Assembly (NCBI GenBank): GCA_050013255.1 | Contig: JBEKFP010000001.1 | Location: 992,001-1,056,000, forward strand | Direction: 5' to 3' | From: Candidatus Bathyarchaeia archaeon | GTDB lineage: Archaea; Thermoproteota; Bathyarchaeia; 40CM-2-53-6 | DNA: 64,000 bases | Shown: positions 38,966 through 49,259 of the stretch, one piece after another | How positions within the stretch are numbered: the first letter of the stretch is position 1 | Layout: every line of letters starts with the position of its first letter | Notes under the pieces: generated by a model | What the model was told of the DNA's origin: nothing | The model's input: the letters and a program-made list of their open reading frames with translations, nothing else | Database searches by the model: none | Program-made: the position numbers and the translations under genes

Positions 38966-40075
38966 ATGCACTTCAACCGTATGCCACTTGAAGATTGGTT
39001 TGATCGGTATCAGTATGAAATTGACTACGACATAGGCGAAAGTGGGGTGAAGTTTCGGACACCTGACGCTTTGGGTGTGGACCTTGGAAAGATAGGGTTA
39101 CGCTATGGGCACCACAGGGGAGCCCCCGAACTTCGATCGCTTATTTCTGAACAGTACGAGGGATTGAAGCCTGATCAAATCGCAATTACAACTGGTTCAA
39201 GCGAGGCCAATTTCGCCGTCATTGTTTCACTAGTCAGCGATGGCGGCAGCATGATAGTCCAGCATCCCAACTATCCCTCGCTGTATGAGGTCCCGCGCTC
39301 GCTTGGATTACCACATGACCTCTTCCGATTGAGGTTTGAAGAGGAATTCACGACTGACCTAGGGCGACTGGAAGAGTTGATGAAGAGTCGACAAACGAAG
39401 TTGGTGACGCTTACGCATCCAAACAATCCGACCGGCTCAGTTATCTCCGAAGAAAGGTTGCGCGAGATCATCGAATTGGTAGAATCACATGATGCCTTCT
39501 TATTGCATGATGAAACCTACCGTGAGCTATCCTTCAACAAGCCACCACCTCCGGCAGCCTCGCTAAGCGACCATGCGATAAGCATGACAACGATGTCGAA
39601 AGGCTATGGGCTACCAGGGATAAGGGTAGGATGGGTTGCAGGTCCGGCGGAAGTTATCGAGAAGGTCACAGCGGTCCGTGAACAGATCACAATCTGCAAC
39701 AATAGCCTAGGCGAAGTAATTGCAACCTCTGCCTTGAAGCAGAAGGATCGGATTCTCAAGAATGTGCGAGAGCATTTGCACCGCAACTTCGAATTGATAA
39801 AGCGTTGGATGGCCAACCAAAATCAGTTGGAGTGGATTGAGCCGAAAGGTGGCGCAGTTGCATTCCCCCGCTTGAAGGCAGAAAGTAGTACGGAAGCCCT
39901 GTGTAGGTTGTTAGTGACAAAGTACCGAACTTTCACCATCCCAGGCTACACGTTTGGAATGGACACGCATCTGAGAATAGGTTTCGGAGGAGAAGCTGAG
40001 GAACTGACCGAGGGGCTCACCAGACTGGGGCATGCATTGAAGGAAGTATTAGTCGAGCCCGGACTAAGGGTCTGA
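38966..40075 (+). CDS. Class I/II PLP-dependent aminotransferase
   Basis: TTGSSEA, HPNNPTG, DETYREL, MSKGYGLPGIRVGW, LRIGFG. ATG 38966 preferred to TTG 38888. Confidence 0.9.
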   Translation: MHFNRMPLEDWFDRYQYEIDYDIGESGVKFRTPDALGVDLGKIGLRYGHHRGAPELRSLISEQYEGLKPDQIAITTGSSEANFAVIVSLVSDGGSMIVQHPNYPSLYEVPRSLGLPHDLFRLRFEEEFTTDLGRLEELMKSRQTKLVTLTHPNNPTGSVISEERLREIIELVESHDAFLLHDETYRELSFNKPPPPAASLSDHAISMTTMSKGYGLPGIRVGWVAGPAEVIEKVTAVREQITICNNSLGEVIATSALKQKDRILKNVREHLHRNFELIKRWMANQNQLEWIEPKGGAVAFPRLKAESSTEALCRLLVTKYRTFTIPGYTFGMDTHLRIGFGGEAEELTEGLTRLGHALKEVLVEPGLRV

Positions 40076-40099
40076 TACTCTCCCCGGCCGTTTGCTCCG

Positions 40100-41365
40100 T
40101 TACCGCAAGCTTCTTGCAAGTTTCATTTGCAGGGACTTGGCGTCCCTGCGACTAACAGATAGCGCACACAGTATTGGCATAGGAAAGCAATCATCCTCCA
40201 ATTTTGGAATATGCGAAAGTGATATTGCTCGTTCAGCCTCCCAAAGCAGCTTTGCCGCGGTCTTCACCGCTCCACCGTAGTCTGAGTTTGTATAGCATCT
40301 CACCCTAGACCTTATGGGCGTTGATGACCATGAGAATCGCGCGTTCACATGTGCCCGTACTGAAAATGCGGTCTTATACAAAAAACGTCTTGACAATGGA
40401 TCTTCTTTCGAGAGTTGCTCAAACCGAACATTGAAGAGCAGCTCCTGCTCATCCATCCTGATTTTAGTCAATAGGACCGGATACTTCCCAAGCTTTCTTC
40501 CTTCCAAGTGCCATGCAGCAATGTCAGCAGGCCTCAACGACTTAGGGACCGCCGAAGTTCGCGAGTCCATCTTTTTAGCGAGCTTTGGCGTGGTGTTACG
40601 CAAAATTCCGCATATGTTCGCTGCGATCCGCGCCTTGTAGGTTTGGTCCTTGACTTCTGCCGACAAAGCGTTTGGGCCAGTTATCTCTAGATGACCAGCT
40701 GCCGCGATCTGTGAAATGGCTCTAGCGAAGTCAACCCCCTGCCCGACCTTGCAGAAGAAGGAGTTGAAGCTTGAATTGTCTCGTTTCCAAATCTCGACCC
40801 TCCCTCTTCTCAGCGCGCGTGCAACGATGGGTAGGGCTTCCATCTGGTCAGCCCAGACGCCGGCTGTGTTATTCAGGCCTAGTTGCGTTCTGTTGCGCTT
40901 CGCCTCATTATAGAGGCTAAAGCAGAGGTCATAGTCGGCCCAAGGCGCTTTGTTTCCTGTGCAGTATGCAACACAACCCATCAGGCTGCGCGCAATTCTA
41001 TAGTCTCCTTCCGCACTTAACAGGGTGGTGTCCAACATCACCCAATTGCGAATTGATCCGGAAACCAAATCATTGATGGCGCTCAGTTCTTGCTTTAGCT
41101 TGTCGAATTCGTAAACTCGACACCCTTTGATCGCGATTTCGTAACTCACACGACTAGTGGACGATACTTTGTCCTTGATCGCAACTATCTTCTGAACATC
41201 GTTTTTCGAGAATGCCTGTCGATTTCTTTTAGTCAGAATGTGTTTGCTGTCAGCAATCAAGTTGATTGTGAAGGAATGGTTTTGGTTTGCGTATTGACGG
41301 AGTAAGTTCTTGCCTACTTTTCCGAGACCGAGCAAGGCCGCCTTGGGTTTTTCTTGCCCTGCCAT
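40100..41365 (-). CDS. Highly divergent homoserine dehydrogenase-like Rossmann protein
   Basis: LLGLGKVG, IADS, LDTT, TGNKAP, FARAISQIAAAGHLE, DQTYKARIAAN align loosely with Hom motifs. Confidence 0.55.
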   Translation of the reverse strand: MAGQEKPKAALLGLGKVGKNLLRQYANQNHSFTINLIADSKHILTKRNRQAFSKNDVQKIVAIKDKVSSTSRVSYEIAIKGCRVYEFDKLKQELSAINDLVSGSIRNWVMLDTTLLSAEGDYRIARSLMGCVAYCTGNKAPWADYDLCFSLYNEAKRNRTQLGLNNTAGVWADQMEALPIVARALRRGRVEIWKRDNSSFNSFFCKVGQGVDFARAISQIAAAGHLEITGPNALSAEVKDQTYKARIAANICGILRNTTPKLAKKMDSRTSAVPKSLRPADIAAWHLEGRKLGKYPVLLTKIRMDEQELLFNVRFEQLSKEDPLSRRFLYKTAFSVRAHVNARFSWSSTPIRSRVRCYTNSDYGGAVKTAAKLLWEAERAISLSHIPKLEDDCFPMPILCALSVSRRDAKSLQMKLARSLR

Positions 41366-41464
41366 GACTCAATCACTTTCTCCAGCATGCTTCATTGGGG
41401 TTGATGCCAGTGCTCTAGACTCTGCTTCGGTTCCGAAGGCGACAGCCAACGGCGACTGAGAAGG

Positions 41465-41866
41465 TTAGGCCTTCTTTTGATTCTTGGTCTTGAAAACTTC
41501 TTCCGGGCGTATGTTGTCAACTTGGCCGTAGAAGAAGATCGCATCCACATGGCCCCCTGGCTTGAACTCGAAGACGTGCCACTCCAGCTCCGGAATATGT
41601 AGCGTCATTCCAGTCTCCAGCAGCACGCGCGTTTCAAGCCGGTCGCGTGTAGGGCCGTATCGGACCCAGCTGTCTTTGGCACTGAGGATATGAAACGCCT
41701 CTTCCGCATGTTGATGCGGTTCCATGGGACCGCTTTCCTCTGAGTAGTGACCAAAGCCAACTGTCATACGATCACTAGGCCAGAATGCGCCCTTCCCAAC
41801 GACCTCTTGGATAATTCTACCCGGCAATCGTTCCTGCTTAACATCCTGACGCTTTATGACCTTCAA
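41465..41866 (-). CDS. Cupin-domain protein
   Basis: PHQHAEE...HIPELEWHVF. TTG 41866 with GAGGAG RBS preferred to the ORF-track start 41986. Confidence 0.8.
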   Translation of the reverse strand: MKVIKRQDVKQERLPGRIIQEVVGKGAFWPSDRMTVGFGHYSEESGPMEPHQHAEEAFHILSAKDSWVRYGPTRDRLETRVLLETGMTLHIPELEWHVFEFKPGGHVDAIFFYGQVDNIRPEEVFKTKNQKKA

Positions 41867-42062
41867 ATTGCACTCCTCAACGCAATTCGTTAGGGAGGCT
41901 GAAAGCGTCCTTATAGGTTCACGTGGCGCTTTCCGATGTCGTAAAACAAGGGATTTTCTCGATGAAAGGAAATTCAAGATTATCATTTGTGGAAAAATCA
42001 GGCTGCTTACTTAACCAACATAGTTGAAGAATACTCGGTCTGACCTTCGTGAGGTGATTTGG

Positions 42063-42896
42063 GTGGAGTTATGCGCTCACATGCGTTGCTTCCCGATGTA
42101 TTCAATGGAGAAAGCCGTTGAGATTGTTGCCCAGTTGGGTTTCAAGTCCCTAGAAGTCGCAGCAGTGAGGCCCGGCCTATCTTATCCTGACGACTACACG
42201 AAAGATGACGTGCTGAAGCTCAGAGATCATATTCGGTCCAATGGGCTAAGGGTCGCTGCGATACACACTGACGATGGTAGCCCTCATACTTCCAACCTGA
42301 CGAATTACAACGAGAGGGTTAGGCGTTGGAAGATAGAGCACCTGAAGACTAGCGCAGAGCTTGCATCCCTTCTCGACGCCGACGTCGTATCGACAACATG
42401 CGGATACTCGATGCTAACTGAGACGCCTAGGCAGGAGGCGTGGAAGTGGGCGATGGAAGGATTCACAGAAGCCGCGAAGACATCTAAAACTCACGGAGTG
42501 TCTCTCGCTCTCGAACCAGCTCCAGGTACAATCATTAGAGATTCCAAAGACGGAATTCGAATGCTTGACGAGATCAACATGGATAACGTCAAACTCCTCC
42601 TGGATACTGGACATGCGATGATTGCTTCACACAACAGTTGGAGGGAAAATGGCCCCACCCTAGCAGATTCAATTCACGATTCTCGGAAGTACCTGATTCA
42701 CGTCCACGTTGACGACAACAATGGGACTATGGATGAGCATCTAGTCCCGGGTACTGGTGTAGTCGATTTCGAAACGGTGCTAGTCGCTCTTCGCGACATC
42801 AATTACGAGCGATACCTATCGTTCGAAATCTCTGCGCGGGACCCAAGGAAGGGACTGAGGGATAGCAAGCGGTACATCGAAAAGCTCCTGAAGTAG
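42063..42896 (+). CDS. Sugar phosphate isomerase/epimerase (AP endonuclease 2 TIM barrel)
   Basis: LALEP, LLDTGH, HVHVDDN, HLVPGTG, SFE. GAGGTGA RBS before GTG 42063. Confidence 0.88.
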   Translation: MELCAHMRCFPMYSMEKAVEIVAQLGFKSLEVAAVRPGLSYPDDYTKDDVLKLRDHIRSNGLRVAAIHTDDGSPHTSNLTNYNERVRRWKIEHLKTSAELASLLDADVVSTTCGYSMLTETPRQEAWKWAMEGFTEAAKTSKTHGVSLALEPAPGTIIRDSKDGIRMLDEINMDNVKLLLDTGHAMIASHNSWRENGPTLADSIHDSRKYLIHVHVDDNNGTMDEHLVPGTGVVDFETVLVALRDINYERYLSFEISARDPRKGLRDSKRYIEKLLK

Positions 42897-42929
42897 ATGG
42901 AACGCCTCAGGGCTTTGGAGCTGTTTGGG

Positions 42930-44180
42930 TTATGTGCTTACTACTTCTTGGACGACTTGCTTGAATTCATCATCTGTTAGAGCGCGTTTGTGTTCGATCC
43001 CTGCCTGTTTCACACGCGTGAGTATTGGGGCAATCTTATCCTCCGGAGCCGTAAGTCCCAACTCTTTGAGCTTGTAGGTGATTGACGGCCTGCCGCTTTT
43101 CTTTCCAACGACGATCTTGTGGCTCGCTCCGCCGACGAATTCGGGTGTGAAGGCGAAAATTTCTAGGGGCGATAGGTTTTGGTCACGTATCCTGTCCCAC
43201 CAACCCGCTACGATTCCAGATTCCACCGTGAATATTCCGTCGCCCACGACCGCCTTTCCAGGCGGCATCTTTACGCCTGAACATTCCTGAACGAGTTTTG
43301 AGAGCGGTGTGAGTTTGTCGTATTTTATGTTATTATCTATCCCGTACAAGCACTTTGTGGCCATCGCCACCTCTTCGAGCGGAGCACCGCCAGAGCCTTC
43401 GCTAATCCCGTTGACGGTCGTGTGAATTACTTCTGCGCCTTGTTGGACGGCCGCTATGGAATTTGCCACAGCGAGGCCGAACGTGTTGTGGCAGTGTATC
43501 TCGATTGGCTTCCGAACCTTCGCCTTGAGCTTCTTCACAAGGTAAGAGATTGCGACCGGTGAAGCAACGCCGAACGTGTCAACCACAGTTAGTGCATCCA
43601 TGTGGCCTTTTGTAGCGACTGCGTTGATGATTTTCCAGCATGTCGAGAATGGTGACCTCGTGGAGTCTAGAGTGAAGAACGTTACGTAGAGGCCGTGTTC
43701 ATGCGCATAGCTTGTGCTCTCAACGGTAAGTTCAAGTGCTTTCTCCACCGTCCAACCATAAGCATTCTTGAGGAGGGTTTCGCTTGTCGGTATTTCCATC
43801 TGAACGCCATCAACGTCACATCTTAACGCGTTGTCAACGTCCGCTTTCATACACCGGGATAGGCAGAAGATCCTGGCATTCAGGCCCATACCCTTAATCG
43901 TCTTGATTGCTTGCGCGTCCTCCTCAGAAACGCCAGGCATGCCTGCTTCTATTCGGTCGACGCCCGCCTCGTCCAAGAGCTTAGCGATTCTGATTTTCTC
44001 ATCCTTTCGAAAGACAAGACCGGCCTGCTGTTCGCCGTCCCTTAGAGTAAGGTCGTGGAATTTGATTTTCTTAGGGAATTTCATTCCCTTTCTTGCTTGG
44101 CTGTCATAATTGTAGTGGCTAACACGATAATTCTTAGTGTTCCACGGTTCCTTCAATGGAAGTACCCAAGCAGGTAGCAT
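42930..44180 (-). CDS. DRE-TIM metallolyase (homocitrate/isopropylmalate synthase-like, no regulatory domain)
   Basis: DLTLRDGEQ, IEAG, DTFG, HCHN, KAVVG..IF..ESGI, GKKSG. Confidence 0.85.
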   Translation of the reverse strand: MLPAWVLPLKEPWNTKNYRVSHYNYDSQARKGMKFPKKIKFHDLTLRDGEQQAGLVFRKDEKIRIAKLLDEAGVDRIEAGMPGVSEEDAQAIKTIKGMGLNARIFCLSRCMKADVDNALRCDVDGVQMEIPTSETLLKNAYGWTVEKALELTVESTSYAHEHGLYVTFFTLDSTRSPFSTCWKIINAVATKGHMDALTVVDTFGVASPVAISYLVKKLKAKVRKPIEIHCHNTFGLAVANSIAAVQQGAEVIHTTVNGISEGSGGAPLEEVAMATKCLYGIDNNIKYDKLTPLSKLVQECSGVKMPPGKAVVGDGIFTVESGIVAGWWDRIRDQNLSPLEIFAFTPEFVGGASHKIVVGKKSGRPSITYKLKELGLTAPEDKIAPILTRVKQAGIEHKRALTDDEFKQVVQEVVST

Positions 44181-44284
44181 CCGAGAGCAATATTTATGCT
44201 ACGGCTGAGTTTTCCAAAAGAGAGAAACTCTGATACTTTTCGATAGTAGCATCGCATGCATCCCGATTGAAATATGTTAAGTGC

Positions 44285-45262
44285 CTAACTTTTCGGCGCG
44301 TGCAAATGTTCCTTCGGAAATTCAACGCCCACTGTGTACTGTAACTTGCCGGCGTTAAGGACCATCTGATAGGTGTTCACTCTGACTCCGGGACAGGTCG
44401 ACAGGACGAGGTAGGCGTCACGGTGATTTCTTCCGTAGTCCTCTTTGAGCCAATCCATCATCCAAAGCATTGCTTGCTTAACAGCTTCTTCCAGAGGTCT
44501 GAAGGAATTGAGTTGGATTATGGAGTCTTTCTTTTCCACGCGTACGAAGGGTATGGATTTCTTCTTGATGACCCGGCATGATAGCCTGACTTCTGCAGAA
44601 CATTCGTCGGCTACGCCTGAGAATTCTGTATCGCCCATACACGCATGAACGTCCCCGAGAAAGAGTAATGCACCATCGGTGAATATCGGGAAGTACACTC
44701 TGCTTCCCTTGCAAATGTCCCTAGAGTCTAGGTTGCCACCATAAGGTCCCTGATTCATCGCTGAGGCCAAGTACTCCCATTCAGGCGCAACTCCGATAGT
44801 GCCAATGTGCGGCTTCAGGTCCCACGTGTCCCCAGTGGGAAGGACAGCTTTACCGTCGGAGGTAGTTCCGCTGGGACCTTTAGTGTGCCTGATTATGCTC
44901 GTGAAGGGGCCTCTGCATTCACTGTACTTCACCGAGTCTGAAAGTGGCCCGAAATCAGTTATAATCCAATGGGCGCCCTGATCGCTGGGTATTATGTCAA
45001 TTATGTCGACCGCTAGTATGTCTCCTTTCCGTGCATTTTTGACATAGATTGGCCCGGAGAGGAAATTCGCTTTCATAGGTGACGCTACGAGTAGATCGCC
45101 TAGAACTTCTGGAACTGGCAGGTCTTTCGCGGTCTTAATTCGGTTTCCGAGAGCATCAACAGTCTCAACAGCAAACTCCTCGCCTTCCTCGACTCGAAGT
45201 AATGGTTCTGCTTGGCTGGAAAACGCGTATTGTTTTGCTTTCGACCGGTCTATTCGTTGCAT
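44285..45262 (-). CDS. Acetamidase/formamidase-family protein
   Basis: ETVDA, LSGPIYV, GTIGVAP, GGNLD, LGDVHACMGDTE. Confidence 0.9.
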   Translation of the reverse strand: MQRIDRSKAKQYAFSSQAEPLLRVEEGEEFAVETVDALGNRIKTAKDLPVPEVLGDLLVASPMKANFLSGPIYVKNARKGDILAVDIIDIIPSDQGAHWIITDFGPLSDSVKYSECRGPFTSIIRHTKGPSGTTSDGKAVLPTGDTWDLKPHIGTIGVAPEWEYLASAMNQGPYGGNLDSRDICKGSRVYFPIFTDGALLFLGDVHACMGDTEFSGVADECSAEVRLSCRVIKKKSIPFVRVEKKDSIIQLNSFRPLEEAVKQAMLWMMDWLKEDYGRNHRDAYLVLSTCPGVRVNTYQMVLNAGKLQYTVGVEFPKEHLHAPKS

Positions 45263-45321
45263 AAACCGCGTCGCAATACCCACCATTAAATATAGCTTTT
45301 GTATGATGTGCACGATTCATT

Positions 45322-46320
45322 TTGAGTGAAGTCGAGCTATGCGGAATTCACGTTAGTGCAGGCGAGAAGAAGGAAACATTTCTTGATGTGACTGCAACGA
45401 AGCCTCCGGCTTCTGTGCAAATCCCGATGACTATCATCAATGGTGCTAAGGAAGGGCCAACCCTTGCAGTTATTGCTGGCGTTCATGGCACGGAATACGC
45501 AGGCGTTGAGGCAGCGATACGAGCCGCGAAGGAGATTAATCCGCGAACGCTAAACGGGACATTGGTGGTTGTTCCGGCCGCGAATTGGCCTGCTCTATAT
45601 ACAAGAACTGTTGGCGTCTGTCCTTTGGACAACGTCGAATTATTCCGTGCGTTTCCAGGCAACCCAGACCGCTCAATAACCTACGTGATCGCAAGCCGAA
45701 TCTTCAATGACATAGTTCTCAAGAGCGATTTTGTCATCGACCTTCATGGAGGAGAAATGATCGAATCCAAGGCAAACCGTTGCTGCTGGTACGTCGAGAC
45801 GGGAACGGAAGATACTCGAAAGGCCTCGAAGCAGTTGGCAATCGCATTTGGCCTACCAAACATCTTGGACACTACGATGGTAATGGTTGGCAACGATAAA
45901 TGGCCCGGTCCAAGCGGAACCCTCCTATACGAAGCATCCTCGCGCGATGTACCGACTATCATTGGAGAAGCCGGAGGCGAGGGCAAAATTGAAGAAGACT
46001 CCGTCGCTGACCTCAGAAATGGAATTCAAAATGCACTCATACATATAGGCATGGTGAAAGGAAAACGTAAACCCTCACGAAAACCAACAGAACTAACCGA
46101 CCTAACAGGGCTAGTAGCAGATTCAGACGGCATATTCTTCTCCAAAGTCAAAACAGCTGAGAAAGTTAGGAAGGACCAGTTGATTGGAGAGGTCAAAGAC
46201 ATTCGTGGCCAAAGAGTACAGGAACTAATTGCACCATTCAACGGGCTAGTCCATGCGCAGTATTGCGCGCCAATCACCAGAAAAGGCGAACCCACAATCT
46301 GGTTCGTACGAAAGCGTTAG
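45322..46320 (+). CDS. M14 succinylglutamate desuccinylase/aspartoacylase-family deacylase
   Basis: AGVHGTE, RAFPG, IDLHGG, EAGG, C-terminal biotinyl-like domain. Confidence 0.9.
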   Translation: MSEVELCGIHVSAGEKKETFLDVTATKPPASVQIPMTIINGAKEGPTLAVIAGVHGTEYAGVEAAIRAAKEINPRTLNGTLVVVPAANWPALYTRTVGVCPLDNVELFRAFPGNPDRSITYVIASRIFNDIVLKSDFVIDLHGGEMIESKANRCCWYVETGTEDTRKASKQLAIAFGLPNILDTTMVMVGNDKWPGPSGTLLYEASSRDVPTIIGEAGGEGKIEEDSVADLRNGIQNALIHIGMVKGKRKPSRKPTELTDLTGLVADSDGIFFSKVKTAEKVRKDQLIGEVKDIRGQRVQELIAPFNGLVHAQYCAPITRKGEPTIWFVRKR

Positions 46321-46348
46321 TTACGCGCAGCCTCCCTCTCGTGGAACC

Positions 46349-47203
46349 TTAACGGGATACTTCGCCGACTTCTCTATACCAAGGCTTAGAAGTACCCGTC
46401 TTAGCACGCTTCTCCCAATCCTTCGTCTTGGGGCATGCATCAATAATCTTCCGCAACCCAGCCACCCTATCTGTGACAATAGCACACTGCCCGTCGGTAA
46501 TACCTGCCTTCTGACTCGCCAGCTCACGAGCCAGCGCATCTACCGACCCTAGGTTGTTCGTCGCGTCGTACCAAAATCCCCAATCGTTAGATAGTATCCT
46601 CGAAACATATCCGGCATCTATCATGTCATTGCCCGGTTCCTCTAGAACGTCATGCCCTAAGAAGAGGACGATTAAATCTAATACGTCTTTGCGATTGATC
46701 TGATGTATTTGCAATTTTTCGAGAACTATGTCCGCAAGGGATATTGTTGGGTAGTCAAGTTCTAGCCTTCCCGAGCCGGGCTTTTTCCCGAATTCAACGT
46801 CGTGGCTGAATTCCAGTTTGTCAATGAATAGGTCGATTGGAAACTTGCCTTCAGGATGATGGTAAATCAGCCTTCGTCCTCCGAACATCATATTAGCCAT
46901 GTTGTCCGGTTTGAACCCCGCCTCCTCGAGGATCTTGGTTGCATTACCTCTTTGCTTACCATATAACGCGAGGTCTAGGTCTGTGAACATGGGCTTTCCA
47001 TCACCGAGCCTGCCCAATGATTTGAACGCTGACAGGGCAACCTGGTTGTCGAGGGAATGAACATAAACGGCGAAAGCGCCTAGGAATCTCAGGAAGATTT
47101 GCTTTGCCTGAGCTTTTTCGACAATGACGCTCGCTTCCTTGAGAAACTCGGTCTCATTCATCTGAACGAAGTGTGCTGGTTGGGTCAAAGGAAGATTGGG
47201 CAC
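46349..47203 (-). CDS. Nucleotidyltransferase-fold protein, copy 3 (start may be 47161)
   Basis: FLGAFAV...FTDLDL...PIDLFIDKLEFSH, IVLEKLQ, KDVLD, DWGFW, KPWYREV. Confidence 0.7.
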   Translation of the reverse strand: MPNLPLTQPAHFVQMNETEFLKEASVIVEKAQAKQIFLRFLGAFAVYVHSLDNQVALSAFKSLGRLGDGKPMFTDLDLALYGKQRGNATKILEEAGFKPDNMANMMFGGRRLIYHHPEGKFPIDLFIDKLEFSHDVEFGKKPGSGRLELDYPTISLADIVLEKLQIHQINRKDVLDLIVLFLGHDVLEEPGNDMIDAGYVSRILSNDWGFWYDATNNLGSVDALARELASQKAGITDGQCAIVTDRVAGLRKIIDACPKTKDWEKRAKTGTSKPWYREVGEVSR

Positions 47204-47548
47204 ATCCTGCCTTCGCTTGCATCACGTGAATTTCGACACAATTAATAGAGGTTATGACTAGCAAGCGACGCTGACAAAAGCCTCACTGCAATTCCAGAAC
47301 AACTCCATCCAGCTACTCCCGGAATCATTCAAGAGATGTCGAAACCAATTGATAGCATTGGGCTATTTTTCAATGCACATGGTGGAACATTGACGTATCA
47401 GCTGGAGGTGGGCGCTTGCCTAAATGATATAAACACGAATCAAAACTTTGCAATACCAAGGAATGGCCTCCATATCTTGCCCCTGATAAGGAAATGTTCG
47501 AAAACTATATATTTCGCCAATTCATGCCGAAAGTGCGAGTGAAAGTAT

Positions 47549-49138
47549 TTGGCTGCCAAGCAGGAATTTTTTGCTAGGAAAGCTTCAGGTCTCGTGAGGC
47601 AAATCTCAGCCAAAGACGCATTGATGTTTAACATTCTATTCATGGGGCCTAATTGGACTTTCATCTACATTGTTTTTGACGCTGCGCTCTACCCTGGTGC
47701 AAACGTGCCTTTAGCCCAACTGATTGTTGCCCCCCTCATCTTCATAGTCGCGTTAACTTACACTATGCTGGCGGTGACGATGCCTCGGGCGGGGGCGGAC
47801 TTCGTTTGGATCAGCAGATCAATTCATCCCTTCGTCGGTTTCATTGAGAGCTGGATCTTGGTAGTTTTCATCGCATCGTATTTTGGCGTACAGGGAAGCG
47901 CATTCATTGGGCCCGCAATCGGGAGCCTCTATGGTGGCTGGGCGTTGATCACGAACAATCCGGGACTGACGAGCATGATTGCGACCCTCACCACTCCGCT
48001 GAATCTGGTAATCTTCACCGTGATCTGTATTGTAATAACTCAGATACAGGTCGCTGCTGGAACAAAGAACTACTTTAGACTTCAGTGGGTCTGGTTCAGC
48101 TTCGTCTGCTTGGGCATTCTACTCTACGCGGGCTCAATGCTTCTGACTGGACACGATGGATTCGTCGCAAGATTCAATCAACTCTCAGGTATGAACTACG
48201 ACAACATAATAACGGCTGCGCAGTCGGCAGGCTACAACACCGGTTTCACTACATTCGGAATGCTGTTCGGAACGGTGTACGCATTCTTGATTTACTGGGG
48301 CTTCTCGTGGTCCTCATTTTTCGCTGGAGAAATGAAAGAGGCATACCGGTCCCAGATCATCGCGATAGTAGGCGGTGTAATCATCTTCGCGTTCGCGACC
48401 TGGGGACAATACCAGATCGCCTACATGGTTGTAGGCCAACCATTCATGCATGCCGCATCATACCTTGCCGTGTCCGGTAACCCTGCATGGACCGCGCCGA
48501 CAGGCCCCTGGCTCTGCTACCTTGTAGCTTTCGCAACCAACAATCCCTATGTCGCAGCAATAGTCGCATCCTCAATTCTGATTGGCGTCTTAGGAACGCT
48601 GGCGTCGTACTCATTCATGATGACAAGAGTGTTGTTCGCGTGGTCTTTCGACCGTCTCCTCCCAACTGCGTTCTCGAACCTTGACCGGCAATTTCACTCA
48701 CCAAGAAATGCCCTCGGCCTTGCATTCGTCTTAGCTATGGTCTTCGTCTACCTCGGTAACTATACGACCTTGCTTAACTACCTAGTCTACGGAACTCTGG
48801 GATTATGGGCAACTTCCACGATTGTCGGAATTGCCGCCGCAGTATTTCCGTATAGGCGCAAGGATATCTTCGAGAAAGCGCCCGGGATTGCGAAGAAGAT
48901 GATCGGCAAAGTTCCCTTGATGGCACTGCTAGGAGCGATAACCGCCGTCGTCAGCGCCTTCGGCGCAATCGCATCCGCTCTGCCGCAATTCATTGGTGCT
49001 CCGGTCAACCCATTCTACGTAGCGGCCGCAGGCGCAACAGTGTTCATTGGAATCATCTACTTCGTCTTAGTCTACACATACAACCAGCGGAGAGGCCTCG
49101 ACATGACCATCGCCTTCCGCGAAATACCGCCCCTATAA
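47549..49138 (+). CDS. APC-superfamily permease, copy 3
   Basis: FARKASGLVRQ, MPRAGADFVWISR, FAGEMK, TRVLFAWSFDR, C-terminal FREIPPL. Confidence 0.9.
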   Translation: MAAKQEFFARKASGLVRQISAKDALMFNILFMGPNWTFIYIVFDAALYPGANVPLAQLIVAPLIFIVALTYTMLAVTMPRAGADFVWISRSIHPFVGFIESWILVVFIASYFGVQGSAFIGPAIGSLYGGWALITNNPGLTSMIATLTTPLNLVIFTVICIVITQIQVAAGTKNYFRLQWVWFSFVCLGILLYAGSMLLTGHDGFVARFNQLSGMNYDNIITAAQSAGYNTGFTTFGMLFGTVYAFLIYWGFSWSSFFAGEMKEAYRSQIIAIVGGVIIFAFATWGQYQIAYMVVGQPFMHAASYLAVSGNPAWTAPTGPWLCYLVAFATNNPYVAAIVASSILIGVLGTLASYSFMMTRVLFAWSFDRLLPTAFSNLDRQFHSPRNALGLAFVLAMVFVYLGNYTTLLNYLVYGTLGLWATSTIVGIAAAVFPYRRKDIFEKAPGIAKKMIGKVPLMALLGAITAVVSAFGAIASALPQFIGAPVNPFYVAAAGATVFIGIIYFVLVYTYNQRRGLDMTIAFREIPPL

Positions 49139-49259
49139 TTTCACAGGACAAACCTAACCGAACAGGCTCTCCTCACAACTGAGCGGAGAGTCAGCTCTCA
49201 CTTTCTAGTCGACTAACTGAACTTTGTGCTCCAGTCGTCGTCTGTACCTTCGGGGCACT

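Noticed and set aside
1551-47203. NTase-like genes as toxin-antitoxin (MNT-HEPN, AbiE) or CBASS defence components
   Set aside because: No adjacent HEPN, AbiEi-type antitoxin or Cap effector. The neighbours are consistently a permease and a phosphoesterase.
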